Below are positions 29,048-54,202 of a stretch of DNA of 64,000 nucleotides, one piece after another (positions within the stretch are counted from its first letter, which is position 1; each line of letters starts with the position of its first letter). The stretch lies in assembly GCF_009914755.1 (NCBI RefSeq), contig NC_060929.1. One strand, given 5' to 3'. Made by a program: the position numbers and the translations under genes. The notes under the pieces were generated by a model that was given only the letters and a program-made list of their open reading frames with translations, made no database searches and was not told where the DNA came from. This DNA comes from the human T2T-CHM13v2.0 reference genome, Homo sapiens.

Positions 29048-29440
29048 TGAGAGACAGATAGATCCCCACACAAAATTTTGTTCTGATATTCAGACTGATG
29101 AGGCTACCCATGCAAAAGGGTGTGAAAAATTTATTATTTACATAGCTCAGGTCTCTGGGGGAAAGCAGAGCAAGCCTCTTGGCAGGTCCAAAATAACTTC
29201 AGATAGCAGAGAAAGAGATTGGCTCTGAGCTTTATTGTGAATGGGGAGTGGGTCCATTGTGAGAGTTCCCGTACACAGGCAGGAGTTTACATGATTTGGA
29301 TTTTCTGCCAGTGTCAAAGGAGGGAACACTAGGCTTTCTTATCAGCTTTCCTGATGTGGGGAACAATGCAAAGGGGGAGGGAAAAGGCTTTTAAAATTTG
29401 TGGGCAGTCAAAGAAAAATTGAGTCATACTCTTCATTATA
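29048..29440 (-). mobile_element. solo ERVL LTR (LTR47-like)
   Basis: Minus strand begins tataatgaagagtatgactcaatttt...aagctgataagaaagcc...ccctcctttg, matching recalled LTR47. Confidence 0.65.
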
Positions 29441-30544
29441 CCCTGTTGCACTGACAGTGTGATCCTGCAAATAAGGATTAACTATGTGCTTTCATGTGGA
29501 ACTCCTCTTTGCAGCATGTTTGCTAAATGGGTTCTTCTACCTTCAAGTTCACTCTACTTATATTTTTGCAAATGAAATGTTGGTGATTTTGTATTTCATT
29601 ATGTACTACGGCTCACTCAAGTAAATCTGCCAGCGTTTTCGTAGATCTGTAGGGGTAGATATTCTCTCTCCACATCTTCCCACACTCCTTTTAATCTTCC
29701 CTGTTTAGCAGCCTTTGTTGTTTATTTCTCAGTGCTTTGTCTCTTAAAGTAATCAGAGTTGGAGGTATGTCTATATATTTTATTCCATTCATTACATGTT
29801 GGTGATTTCAATGAAGAGAAGTAAAGGAAGATGGCTTTATTCTACCATTTTAAATTTGGAAGTCCAATTTATTTCTCTTATTCTTTTGATAGCATCATTT
29901 TATTAAAGTATAGCATATAGCATATTTTATTTGATTGTTATCCTATTGATTATTATTCTTTCTAGCCTTTCTACTAGCAAGTGAAGCAAACAATTATCTT
30001 TAGCTTTGTAGCACAGATAGCTTTATACATATAATACTTGCAGGTACATACTTCCTAAATATTAATGTAGAAATAAATTCTGAAGTAGAATTGCTCAAAG
30101 AAATTTTACATCTTAGAAGTTATTGGAAAACTGCTTCCCAGAAAAATTGTTCCAATTTTTACTTTGATATTTGTTTTGAATAAGTCCTTAAAGTTCTTAA
30201 AAATGAGAGCTGCAAGCAGCTTAAGAGGGAGATTTGGGGCCTCTTCCTTAGGTTCACATGTGCTTGCTAAAGTCACTAGTTAGAAAAATAAGATACATGA
30301 CTATTTTTGTACCCCTTTTTCACAAAGTTGATTGTATTGGTTACATAAAGGAAATGACAACTACTTTTCATTTTTAAAGAACACTATGGTTTGCTATGTG
30401 GAAAATAATGTATAAAATATAAGTTGTGCAAGAAATAATGGTTATCTGGAGTAAGGTGGTAGCACTGGAGACACTGAAAAGTAACAAATATAATATATTT
30501 TATTGAATATGTATGATTCACTGATTACTGGCTGAATGTTTTAT

Positions 30545-30700
30545 CTAATTTAACTCATATAACTCTGTGGAACAGTTTTTACTATCCTCAATTTTCAGAT
30601 AAGAAACCTGAGTCACAAAAAAATGATAAAACTTTCTTTCCCAAGATTGTTTAATAAAAGTGCAAGCTGAATTTTTACCCCTAACCAGCCTGACTAACCA
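30545..30700 (-). mobile_element. MIR fragment
   Basis: tatcctcaattttcagataagaaacctgagtcaca MIR core. Confidence 0.6.
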
Positions 30701-32219
30701 GTCTGTTTGTTTTTGTTTTCGGCTTTTTTGGAGCATCAAAATCTCATCATTTAAAACAAAATATAGAACAAACAAAAAATATGCATTGTAGTGAAGGTAG
30801 ATATAAACACAAATCATCCATGACAACCCAGTATAAACAATGCATCATTTCAATATATATTTTTACACAATCTCTTTGTATTTTTGTTTTTGTTACATAA
30901 ATGTTTTTCTCTCATATCAGATTTATAACTTCAAGTTTTACCTATAATTTTAAAACAGGCAGTTTCCAATATCACTGAAAATTTTTTGCGAAACTCAACA
31001 AATAAAAAAATTATGTATATATATTCAAGGCAATAATATTTAAAAATTCTTAAAATGAAGCAAACACCAAATTTACATATCAAAAAGCAAAGTCAAATTC
31101 CAGGAACTGTTGACTTAGAATACTCAATAATAGTATTGATACATTCTTTGTAAGTTATTGCAATTCAAATGAAAACCAAGGATTCTTCAAATAGAAAATA
31201 TCTAGAGGCCTGTAAAGAAGAAAAATGCCCAGTTGGCCTTAGATTTTTAAACATAAGTATTCAGTGACACATAAGACAATTGGGATATATCTGAATAAAT
31301 ATATACCCACAACTATGTACAATTATTTCACAACAATATATTCTTGAAGTTCAGACACTACAGATATACATTGTCAATCATGAAAGAACTAATATAATAA
31401 TGGACTCATGGCTCCCTTTCAAAGGACATTCAGATAAGAGATGAATTTAAATAAAGATCTCAGTAATGAAGGCTTAGAAAAGCACTCATGGCGAGCATTG
31501 AATTTACTTAGGTCTAAACAACTGTGATGGAATAGTTACAAAATAGGATATAAATTAAATAAACCTCAATAATGAAACTAATAAAAATGAGGATGGGAAA
31601 AAGTTGATGATAGTATGAAAGTGTTAATTCTCGGATCTTTTATTTTAAAAAGTCAATATATACTATCCACGTTTTAAATATGTAATATAAAAACATTTAT
31701 CCTCTTAATTTTTATAATATGTCTTCTAAATCAAGAGTGTTTTATTTTAAGATGGCAGTATATCTTATGGGGTTTAGTATTTCCTTCAGTTTCACTTCAA
31801 AATTTTCCTTTCTACTTAATTCAAGTAAAATTATATTTTAATTTAAAATAACTTGTATAATATTTTATCTTAGCATCTATTTCTCTGTCTATATACCTAC
31901 CTTTCTAGAATTAATAATGTGTGTGTGAGTGGTTTATTTTGTGGTATTTATATTGTATATTTTTTGGAATTTCCTATCTAGATTGGCCTTTTATAATGAA
32001 CTATATTATTTTCCTAATAATATTATTATTTTATAAAACAGGCATTAGAAGTAAAAAAATTGAAAGCAGTATTTTTAATGACTGTATAGTCACTGTCAAA
32101 AGAATGAATTATGTTTTATTTAACCAGTAGGCAATAATATACAATTTATGTTATTTCCAGTTTTCATGTATTTATTCATTCACCCAGGAATTATTTCAGT
32201 ATAGTTGGGAAATAGTCAT

Positions 32220-32625
32220 TGTAGTACTTAGCTATTGCTACAATGATGCTGTTAACAACCCACCCCCAAACTGAGAGGTTTAAAGCCAAATCATTATTTT
32301 TTTTTCCTGCACAAGTTTCTAGGTTGGCTCTGACTTTACTGACTATGACTGCAAAATGCATATTGGATGCAGTTCTGCTTCAAGTATATTATCTGTTTCT
32401 ATCCAGTGCCCACTCTTCTCATAGTAAATGACAGAAGAGCACAAACAAAACATCTCAAGAAAACAGGTGGATTCTTCCTGGACTTGACTCAGAAATGTGC
32501 CAGATTCTATTATCCTAAACAATTCACATGAAAGCCCAGCATCAATACAGCAGGGAAGTATCCTCTGCATCACTGAGGAGGGTAATAAATATTTACTGGC
32601 AAAAGAATCCAATCTATTACAGTCA
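32220..32625 (-). mobile_element. old MaLR LTR (MLT1-type)
   Basis: tgtagtacttagctattgctaca...aacccacccccaaactgagaggtttaaagccaaatcatt, MLT1-type terminus. Confidence 0.65.
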
Positions 32626-33118
32626 TTAGTCAAATATTCAAACTAGTGAATGTATAACTACAGCTCAGTGTTATTCTGGGGTTAAGAGAATGTTTTCTGA
32701 AGCTGGCATCTTGCTGACAGTAAATAGGATTTCAATAGGCAATTGTGGGGGTGGGGATGAAAGAGTGTTTAACCAAAGGAAACATTATCTTAAAAGACAT
32801 GCAGAGGAGCATGATGTGCTGAAGTGACATGCTCTCATATGGCTAGAGCTTAGAGAAAGAGGGAGAAAGTGACAATATGATTGTAAGTCAACTTCTCAGG
32901 GGAGAAAAATATCAATCCTCAGAAAGCCAGTTTGTCAAATGACAAATGTGTTGGAAGGTAATTTGCTGAAAATCAGTATTTGCCTAATTATGAAGTCACA
33001 ATTTTAAAAATTTCAAGCAGGGCTTTATGGCAGTTTGTATTACATGATGGCTCCTATAAACTTTGAAGATATTTTAAACATTTGCATTTTACTTATATTA
33101 TTAATGTATTACTGTTAT

Positions 33119-33704
33119 TGACGCAATATTTTTCTCTCAGTCATGTTGCAAACTGGGGACCTCCAGCTGGCAACGCCCCACGTGGGCCTTGCTTGGCCAT
33201 GCTACCTGCCGCAGGAGACAGCCCACCCACTTGGCCTGCCTGGGCCAAGTCTGGCTTGAATACTGGTTCCCAAGTTCTTTTCTAGTGTCCAAGATGAAAG
33301 AGGATATGCTAACAATTGAGGAGTGAGCAAGGTGGGGCACTCTTTTGAGTGACGAAGCAGCTTTCCATGGAGAGGAGACCCGAGGGTTGTCCCCTACCCT
33401 AAGGTGGGAAAGTCCCCCCAATGTGGCTGAGTCTGGGGCTTTTATGGGCTCAGAATAGGGGAAGGGCAGGCTGTAGGTAGTATTAGAAAAGGCAAAATTT
33501 GATTGCTTAAAAGGCATTATTCAGATATAATCAGTTGGGAAAGGACAGGCAAACAGGAACAGAAGTTCTCACTCTTGGTCATGGGTTTCATCCGGGACCA
33601 GCAGTTCACTCAGCCTTCAGGTTGTTTTTTTGGCTTGAAGATGGGTTTTCAGCAGGGATCTGCCCCTATATTCCTAGGCATCTGGCTGCCTCCTATGGCT
33701 ATCA
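33119..33704 (-). repeat. 3' LTR (MER61-like)
   Basis: Colinear with 40236-40821; PPT (tttcccccctct on +) at 33705-33716. Confidence 0.88.
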
Positions 33705-33764
33705 TTTCCCCCCTCTGAAGAGGTACATCTAACTGCCATTAGAATGGGGATGAAGACTGATCTT

Positions 33765-33925
33765 AACTGCTTTCTGCTGACAGGGGGTGCTGTTTTGGGA
33801 AAACCGCAGTCCGATTTCCCTCAGAGGCTTATCTAAGGCTCCCCAGTAAAAGGAAGTCATCATCCAAGGCTCTGGTTGTATGACCATTTGGAATATAAAG
33901 ACCTGAAGATGAGAAGAGACAAACC
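33765..33925 (-). pseudogene. env cytoplasmic-tail relic
   Basis: FVSSHLQVFIFQMVIQPEP..FYWGALDKP..PCQQKAV resembles gamma-type Env C-termini (FVSSR..KLQM..YRGPLDRP), just upstream of the PPT. Confidence 0.7.
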
Positions 33926-36009
33926 AAGTTATTAGAAGACATGTATCAAAATGGAACAAGGGGGTAACAACAGCTCAAAAAATCTGAGGCTGCCAATACA
34001 CCCAGATAACTGGTGGCTACAGTTATGCCTGCTAACACTTGGGTGCATTGTCCTTGGCTTTGGTTAGCTCTGTTGGTCTTATTTTCCCAAACAAAAAAAT
34101 TTCCAGGTTATAGACACCCTATTTACTTCTATTACCTGGAAGGATTTGCAGAATAATTGCCCAGAACTAGAATATTGATCCAGAATTTTACATTATCCAT
34201 TCCTTTTGTTTCTTCTGAGCTGTTTCTTCTGAGATCACTGGTTAGTTCACAGAAATAAGCAGGCTTATTCTAAAAGGTAGGCAAAAACTTAAAAACAGCT
34301 AATGAGACTAGAATTTAATGACAAGTGTATGGTGAGTTTTCAAACATAATTTTTCTCTCTGCAGACTTCATTTTTGTTAAAAATAAATCATGATAGGACT
34401 GAGTTGTTTGCAAAATAAACTTTAGTCTTATACTTTTGTCCTGATTATTTGCATAAAGTGCAGCAAGAATAATTGTTTTTCACATGGGCTTTTAAAATTG
34501 GCTTTGATAGGACATGTTCCACAAGGAATTTCAGATAAGACCTTTTAAAGCTGAGCCCAGCCATGGGTTTTTACACTAAAATACCTGTGAGTTGGGTAAA
34601 TTCCTCTCTTCTTGAGGTCCCAAGAACATGGGGCTCCTGGGTATGTTATAAAGTGACATTCTTTACTCACCACAGCTTAGAGACCGTGTATAGAGACTGT
34701 ATAGAGACAAGTATGAGGCCAGTTTTCCCAAACGGTTTTTATAGACTCAGCAAGGCAAGCTTGATTCCTTAAAGAAAGGCCTACACTTCCAGTCAAAGCC
34801 TTGGTAAAACAATAAGCCTCTCCAATTGTGTTCCGTTGTGAAAGAAAATGGACTTTTATTGCACTGATGCAAATAGCTATATTGCCATAAGTTTAGAATA
34901 CTCACAAATAGTTTCCAAATTCTAGAGAAACCAAGCAGAGAGAAACAAATATGCTCCAAATGTTGTTCACAGGAGTATAGTTTACTCAACTGTTAAAACT
35001 GTTGATAGCTCAAAAGTTTCCTTGACTCTGAAAAACAAAACAAGGGCCAGCAATGTTTTAAGGAACAGCTGAAAAAGATTACTTTAGTTTTCTATTAGTT
35101 CAGTCCATTCCATTAACACTTGATGTGCTTGATATTCACAAACATATCAGCTCTTCATGAGTTCTGTACGTTTTTCCTCCGTTCCAATGTCACAATCTCC
35201 AAAGTTATCAGGAACCTGCATTTGAGAACACCTGTCAAAGTCCTATAGCTGATTATAAACCATCTCTTGAAAAGGATCAAAACAACAATTGTTTGTGAAT
35301 GACAAATGTCTTCAGGTAGTCACAGTCAAAACCACTATTGACAAAGAAAAGTGGTTATTTCTGTGCTTTACAATAACTTAACATAATAACATTAATTATA
35401 GTTGATAGCATATACTCAGACGTTAGAATTTTAGAAATCCAATACAATTCTGGAATATATATTAATATTTTTCACTATTTTTATTTTTCCAATTCCATGT
35501 AGCTAAACATGTAAAATAATCATGTTTACCTCTCTTTTGGATGCTCCAGGGGCCCTCTGTAGTAATTAAAAGTTAGAGGTCAGAAAAGGCAATTTTTGAA
35601 GCTGAAATTTGATCTTGGGAAGTGTCCTAAATATGTTAGAGGTTTAAAACACTTGATATTATGAAACAGAATTCCAAATTACCATAAGTCATTTATTTAA
35701 TATTTAGCCAAAACTTTGAGTTAAAAATTTTTAAACAGGCAAAAACCTTTACTTATTAAGAGTGCAGATGTAGTTTTCCAAACAATCTCCTGTCTTCTCC
35801 CTGTTTTTTTGGTAGTTTATTCACAAGGCAAACAGAGATTTTTATCATCCTTTACTATTACATGAAAATCTTGTCCAAGGGAGAGAAAGCCAAATTTTAT
35901 CATGCATTAGTCTAATATTAATGACAACCCCAATTTTTTAAATGAAATCTTATAGATAATTCTATCCAATCTTAACCAGTTTGACCATGAGGTGACATTC
36001 TTCTAAAGC

Positions 36010-36305
<296 letters not shown>

Positions 36306-38599
36306 AAAACTTTTATAATTCTTTACAAATTTTTGTTAAAGAGCAGATCACTGCCTTAAGAAAACCTTACTGTGTTTTTATTTCAATGCTCAATTAATGG
36401 AAAAATTATATAATAGCCTTTTGAATTTAATCAATATGTTCACACACAGGGTTTCTTTCACAAGATTAATTTTTATAAACCTTCCACCACTTGTTTAAAC
36501 TTTTAGCTTTATCTTACTTGATTTATATCAATACTTGAACCCTCTAAACTAGGCAAAATTTTATATTCCTATACCTACTTATAATCTTTTACTAAAAACA
36601 CATTTCACTTTCCTTTATATACCTTGCATGTAAATCTATTTTCAGTAGTCTCAATTACATGTTATAATGATAACTCTTGGCAATTTTTAAATTTTAATGT
36701 AAAACCTGGTAAGTTATTTTAATTATGTAGTAGCTGCAGCTAAGGTCTGACTCTTTCCAGCATAGTTAGGGGTGTGGTTATTTCCATATGTCCCCTGACC
36801 TTGCCAAACTGTAAAGCAGACAAGTTGAACGATTTTCAAAAGCCAAAGAAGCAGTTTATAACCTTAAAGCATTTAGCAAACTTAGTATCTGACCTGCATA
36901 ATTTAGACTGCATATTTACATTTTGAAGGCATCTGTATTTTACCAATAATCTTTAAAATTTCTCAAAGATTAAAGTTACATGAACTAAAAGGTATATAGC
37001 TTTTATTTTTCCTTCAAAAATCATTTGATCTCAGCACTTATTTTTCTCCAAGCCAATTAATTAGAGCTCTTTTCTATATAATCATCACAGTGTATATAAC
37101 TATACAGACAGAAAAAGATCCAGTGGTTTTAAGATTTTTTTATTTGCCAATCTCTTAATTAGTTTATTGGCCTCAGGATGGAGCCCTTCAAGAGCAGGTC
37201 TAGGAAAGCATGCAGTAGAAATAGCTGGAAGACAAAAACAGATTTTGGGAGGGATTTATCCACTTTTAATTCTTGGGGTTCCATAAGGAAATAGAGATTT
37301 TTTTTTCCAAAATGGGGTCAGTGGTGCCTCCTCCATTTTTCCCAGGGAGTCCCAGGCTACCAGAAGTTATCTTAGGGCCTTTCATGCATGCATTAAGAGT
37401 GGCAAGACAAAATGGGGAAAAATAATTCAGTCAACTGAGGGGGGAAACAAAAACATTTTCCAGTGAAACAAGATCCAAGAAGAGGGGGAAAAAAAAAAAC
37501 CATAAAGACCTTTTAAATATACTTATAGCTTGGATATCCACTTTTAATTAAGCTGACTTTTAACCACAGTGCTCTTTAAAAAAAAATCCTTTTAAACCCC
37601 TTGTTACCCAACTTTAGTCATGCCAAGTGGCCAATATTTAAGGCTTTTGAACTTTACCAAAAGAAATCTCACAAGTGAAACCAACAAGCGTTAACTAAGG
37701 ATATGATTTAACCATAAGTGTACAAGGTATTTAGAAAGAGGTGTTAGGCAGTTTTTACAAAATCTAGAATCTTTAAAGGTATCTCAGAGAAAGGCAGATT
37801 TAAGAAAGGAAACTAGAAGTTGTTCATGGAGGAGAAGAGAATCAGAAATGATAAAACTCACACAGATAGTAACCAGGAAGTGCTCATTCCCTAAGCCAGG
37901 ATTGAAACCAGGCTGCCATTGTAAAATGGCAGAGACCAAAAGAAAGTACTGCCATGTAGTTACATGGTCAAGCTCCCAAGGACATAAAACAAGATGGAGA
38001 TGTCCAGCAAAGTTTATTACTGACCAATTTGTTGGGCTGGCTTGAACAATCGGCTTAAGGGTCCTAGGCCTGTGTTCTAGCCTAAGGTGTTTCTATTTTT
38101 GACAGAAAGATAAATTCTTAGCACAAAGTACAACAGATTCACTACAGCTTAAGACTAGCCTCACAAATCCTTTTTTCTATTCATCAAAACCTTACAGAGA
38201 GTATAAACAGTAATTTTTGTCATTCATTCTACCTGTTTGCACAGGGAGAGGGAGGCCAGAAGTCTGACTGGTAAAACTTTTACCTTTTTGCCAGCATGTC
38301 AGGCTTCCGGATTCCCTTCCCCTGAGCTATGGAGCCTAATCTACCTTGGAGTCCTGTGAAGGGGAAGCAGACAAAGGTTATTTGGATACTGTAAAAGTTG
38401 TCCCTCTTCAAGAGATTCTCTCAATTAGATCTGTAATTTCTTCCTGGTTCATTTTTAAGACAAACAGTTTAAGTTTTGGGAAAATTAACTTTTCCTAGTT
38501 TGGGGGATGCATTTGAGGGGAGGGTCCATGGTATGGGGAAGCAATTACTTTTTCATGAAGAGAGAACAGAGGAGGAAAAAGGAAACAGAAGGCATTTTT

Positions 38600-38671
38600 T
38601 TTTTCAAAGGAGTCCCAGCAATTCAGGACACATTCAAGAAAAGTAGAAACTGAAGATGGTTGGTTACCCAT
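38600..38671 (-). pseudogene. gag matrix N-terminus relic
   Basis: ATG at 38671: MGNQPSSVSTFLECVLNCWDSF (myristoylation-type MG..S; LxCILxxWDxF motif). Confidence 0.7.
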
Positions 38672-39489
38672 ATGGAAAGAGGGGGACAATGCATCCCTTA
38701 GTTCCGTTCTCTTCTCAGCAAATACCCAGCATACATATGGGAGAGGAAACAATGGCATCTTTTTTTTTTTTCCTTCCATCCTTATATCCCTGAGTCCCAG
38801 CGACCTTGGCAGGCCCATGTGCCAGTGCAACTTTCACCCTTGTGGAACAGGGAGGCCTAGAGGGTAGCAATTATCCACACTTACCTATATGCTGTCCTGT
38901 CCTCCCTGCTGTTGGTAACCTCTTCTATGTCATGCATGCTAGCTTGACCTCTATTGATGAGATGTGTGTGTGTGGGTGCCTAATCGGCAGGAATTAGTCA
39001 TGCTCACCTGTGTTGCGCTTCTTGGCTTCTGTTGCTGTCTGCCTCTGGATCCCTGAAATCCAGGTTTTCTTTCTAGGGCTTCAACCTGAAGTTTGGAATT
39101 GGTTTTAGGACAAATAACTGTGTCAGGAAGGTTCATGGACTCATTAGATTAAGTCTCATGCGGTCTTCACCAGACTGCAGCCAGCAGCTGACAGAGCTGC
39201 CCCTTCACTGCTTCCCATCAAAAGTCCAATGCTAAGTTAAAGCTGTGGAACTGGGTTCTCCTCAAACAAGGCAGAGAAAGGGAGAATTGGGGTCCTGGCC
39301 TCCTAAGATGCCTTTCAAAAAGAAAAAAGCCTCTCACATAGAAAGGATCCCTTTGTTTGCAGGGCTGTGTTAACTCCTGACATGGTGAAGAAAAGAAAAA
39401 AACAACTTAAGTGCAGGGTGGGGAAGGTGCCTGAGGGAAAATTCCTTTTGCTCTATGCAAATAGGTTCTTCCAACAGGGAGAGAAACTT

Positions 39490-39793
<304 letters not shown>

Positions 39794-40214
39794 GGGAGAG
39801 AAACTTCTAATCTCTGCTTTCTCTTTGCCTCCAAGAATAGGCAGAAACTGCATTGTTCTGAATTGCATATCTGATGGCTGGGCCAAATGTTCATTCCACC
39901 AAGTAATAACTCCTAGTTTGCAACAACATTCTTGACATTGTAAAAGAAGAGATAGGTGCCATGACAGCCATGATAAAAAAGAAGGAGAATGCCATAGAAA
40001 TGACTGGATTGGAACTATGCCTACATTCCCAACCCCCTAGTAGTGACAAGTGAGGTGTCGGGGTCCTCTCTAGCATCCTGTCCTCTGTAGCTGCACCATT
40101 CATTCTTAATTGGCTCACCAGAGGTTTATTGCTTCATCTGCCTTCAGAAAAAAGTCTGAGGACAAGAAATCTTATAAAAAAGAGTCTAGGTCTGCATTTA
40201 CTCACCCTTCAGGG

Positions 40215-40232
40215 ATCCCGAGTGAGCCCCCA
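40215..40232 (-). promoter_or_regulatory. primer-binding site, tRNA-Pro type
   Basis: TGGGGGCTCACTCGGGAT matches TGGGGGCTCGTCCGGGAT at 15/18, 3 nt from the LTR end. Confidence 0.85.
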
Positions 40233-40235
40233 AAA

Positions 40236-40821
40236 TGAGGCAGGCTTTTTCTCTTGGTCACTTTGCAAGCCGGAACCTCTGGCCAGTGACACTCTGCCCA
40301 GGCCTCCTTTGGACATGCTACCTGTTGCAGGAGATGGCCCTCCCACTCAACCTGCACGGGCCAAGTCTGACTTTGAAACCAGTCCCTGAGTTTTTGTCCA
40401 GTTTTCAAGAAGAATGAAGATATGCTGACAATTGAAGAGTGATTAAGGTGGGGAGCTCTATTGAGTGATGAAACAGCTTTCCACAGAGAGGGGGCATAGG
40501 GGTGCTCCCCCTACCCGAAAGTGGGAAAGTCCCCCCAGTGTGGCTGAGTCCAGGGCTTTCATGGGCTCAGAATAAGGGAGGAACAGGCCATAGATAATAT
40601 TGGAAAAGGCAATATTTGATTGGTTAAAAGGCATTATTCAGAAAGAATTAATAGGAAAAGCGCAAGCAAACAGGAACAGTTCTCACTCTGGGTCATGGAT
40701 TTTATCCTGAACCAGCAGTTCAGTTTTTCAGCCTTCAGGCTGTTTTTTAGGCTGGAAGGTGGGGTTTCACTGGGGACCCACCCCATCTGCTTAGGCATTT
40801 GGCTGCCTCCTGTCACTATCA
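40236..40821 (-). repeat. 5' LTR (MER61-like)
   Basis: Minus strand starts TGATAGTGACAGGAGGCAGCCAAATGCCTAAGCAGATGGG. Confidence 0.88.
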
Positions 40822-41223
40822 CTATATTGCTGAAACTGGCCAAAGTTTAAGGTATTTTTTTTTCTGCACGTGGGCCTTTGACTTGAGAAAATAAAAGTAT
40901 CTTCTGTGCTTTGAATTATAGCAGCTACATATTTTGAATATCAAAGATATTTGTTAAAAACAAAAAGTTTCATTCTTCTAAGAAATTTGCAACCCAATCT
41001 CATACTTTTTTTTTTATTATTATACTTTAAGTTTTAGGGTACATGTGCACATTGTGCAGGTTAGTTACATATGTATACATGTGCCATGCTGGTGCGCTGC
41101 ACCCACTAACTCGTCATCTAGCATTAGGTATGTCTCCCAGTGCTATCCCTCCCCACTCCCCCCACCCCACCACAGTCCCCAGAGTGTGATATTCCCCTTC
41201 CTGTGTCCATGTGATCTCATTGT

Positions 41224-45062
<3,839 letters not shown>

Positions 45063-45110
45063 TTATTTTGCTCGTTAGTTGATGCAGTTTCTTCCTAGTC
45101 TCGATGGTCT

Positions 45111-46127
45111 TTACATTTTGGCATGATTTTGCAGCGGCTGGTACCAGTTGTTCCTTTCCATGTTTAGCGCTTCCTTCAGGAGCTCTTTTAGGGCAGGCCT
45201 GGTGGTGACAAAATCTCTCAGCATTTGCTTGTCTGTAAAGGATTTTATTTCTCCTTCACTTATGAAGCTTAGTTTGGCTGGATATGAAATTCTGGGTTGA
45301 AAATTCTTTTCTTTAAGAATGTTGAATATTGGCCCCCACTCTCTTCTGGCTTGTAGAGTTTCTGCTGAGAGATCCGCTGTTAGTCTGATGGGCTTCCCTT
45401 TGAGGGTAACCCGACCTTTCTCTCTGGCTGCCCTCAACATTTTTTCCTTCATTTCTACTTTGGTGAATCTGGCAGTTATGTGTCTTGGAGTTGCTCTTCT
45501 CGAGGAGTATCTTTGTGGCGTTCTCTGTATTTCCTGAATCTGAACGTTGGCCTGTCTTGCTAGATTGGGGAAGTTCTCCTGGATAATATCCTGCAGAGTG
45601 TTTTCCAACTTGGTTCCATTCTCCCCATCACTTTCAGGTACACCAATCAGACGTAGATTTGGTCTTTTCACGTAGTCCCATATTTCTTGGAGGCTTTGCT
45701 CATTTCTTTTTATTCTTTTTTCTCTAAACTTCCCTTCTCACTTCATTTCATTCATTTCATCTTCCATTGCTGATACCCTTTCTTCCAGTTGATCACATCG
45801 GCTCCTGAGGCTTCTGCATTCTTCACGTAGTTCTCGAGCCTTGGTTTTCAGCTCCATCAGCTCCTTTAAGCACTTCTCTGTATTGGTTGTTCTAGTCATA
45901 CAGTCTTCTAAATTTTTTTCAAAGTTTTCAACTTCTTTGCCTTTGGTTTGAATGTCCTCCCATAGCTCAGAGTAATTTGATCGTCTGAAGCCTTCTTCTC
46001 TCAGCTCGTCAAAGTCATTCTCCATCCAGCTTTGTTCCGTTGCTGGTGAGGAACTGTGTTCCTTTGGAGGAGGAGAGGTGCTCTGCTTTTTAGAGTTTCC
46101 AGTTTTTCTGTTCTGTTTTTTCCCCAT
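45111..46127 (-). pseudogene. L1 ORF1 (1017 nt) with a single in-frame stop
   Basis: ORFs 45738..46127 and 45111..45671 are in frame; the only stop is TGA at codon 130. Confidence 0.96.
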
Positions 46128-46582
46128 CTTTGTGGTTTTATCTACTTTTGGTCTTTCATGATGGTGATATACAGATGGGTTTTTGGTGTGGATGTGCTTT
46201 CTGTTTGTTAGTTTTCCTTCTAACAGACAGGACCCTCAGCTGCAGGTCTGTTGGAATACCCTGCCGTGTGAGGTGTCAGTGTGCCCCTGCTGGAGGGTGC
46301 CTCCCAGTTAGGCTGCTTGGGGGTCAGGGGTCAGGGACCCACTTGAGGAGGCAGTCTGCCCGTTCTCAGATCTCCAGCTGCGTGCTGGGAGAACCACTGC
46401 TCTCTTCAAAGCTGTCAGACAGGGACATTTAAGTCTGCAGAGGTTACTGCTGTCTTTTTGTTTGTCTGTGCCCTGCCCCCAGAGGTGGAGCCTACAGAGG
46501 CAGGCAGGCCTCCTTGAGCTGTGGTGGGCTCCACCCAGTTCGAGCTTCCAGGCTGCTTTGTTTACCTAAGCAAGCCTGGGCA

Positions 46583-46918
46583 ATGGTGGGCGCCCCTCCC
46601 CCAGCCTGGCTGCCACCTTGCAGTTTGATCTCAGACTGCTGTGCTAGCAATCAGCGAGACTCCGTGGGCATAGGACCCTCTGAGCCAGGTGCGGGATATA
46701 ATCTCATGGTGTGCCATTTTTTTAAGCTGGTCAGAAAAGCGCATTATTCGGGTAGGAGTGATCCGATTTTCCAGGTGCGTCCATCACCCCTTTCTTTGAC
46801 TCAGAAAGGGAACTCCCTGACCCCTTGCACTTCCCAAGTGAGGAATGCCTCACCCTGCTTCGGCTCGTGCACGGTGCGCGCACCTACTGACCTGCACCCA
46901 CTGTCTGGCGCTCCCTAG
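46583..46918 (+). CDS. L1 antisense ORF0, frameshift-extended (111 aa)
   Basis: MVGAPPPAWLPPCSLISDCCASNQRDSVGIGPSEPGAGYNL matches recalled ORF0; good Kozak context (gcaATGG). Expression is unknown. Confidence 0.55.
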   Translation: MVGAPPPAWLPPCSLISDCCASNQRDSVGIGPSEPGAGYNLMVCHFFKLVRKAHYSGRSDPIFQVRPSPLSLTQKGNSLTPCTSQVRNASPCFGSCTVRAPTDLHPLSGAP

Positions 46919-47012
46919 TGAGATGAACCCAGTACCTCAGATGGAAATGCAGAAATCACCCTTCTTCTGCATCGCTCAGGCTGGGAGCTGTAGACCGGAG
47001 CTGTTCCTATTC

Positions 47013-47022
47013 GGCCATCTTG
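47013..47022 (-). promoter_or_regulatory. YY1 site of the L1 internal promoter
   Basis: CAAGATGGCC. Confidence 0.85.
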
Positions 47023-47325
47023 GCTCCTCCCTGCCAATCTCATTCTTAAACATGCTTTAGTTCACAGGTATCTTGACTTACCTGATCAAATGAGTATTTT
47101 ACATTCATTTGAAAAATGAGAAGCATGCCAAGGGTCTGAAATGTAAATTACTCTTAGTGGATAAACTTATTTGAGAATCCACCCTGAATTGACTTTGGGA
47201 AAACAAAAATTAAACTAAAATACAATCAAATATTTAGAGGAAAAGAAGTCTTTGATGAGCATTGGTTTTATTCCATGAAAACAAATTCATAAAACTTTTT
47301 ATATAATCAATAGAAGAACATTTTA

Positions 47326-54202
<6,877 letters not shown>

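Noticed and set aside
41147-41172. G-quadruplex-like tract
   Set aside because: It is a standard feature of L1PA 3'UTRs.
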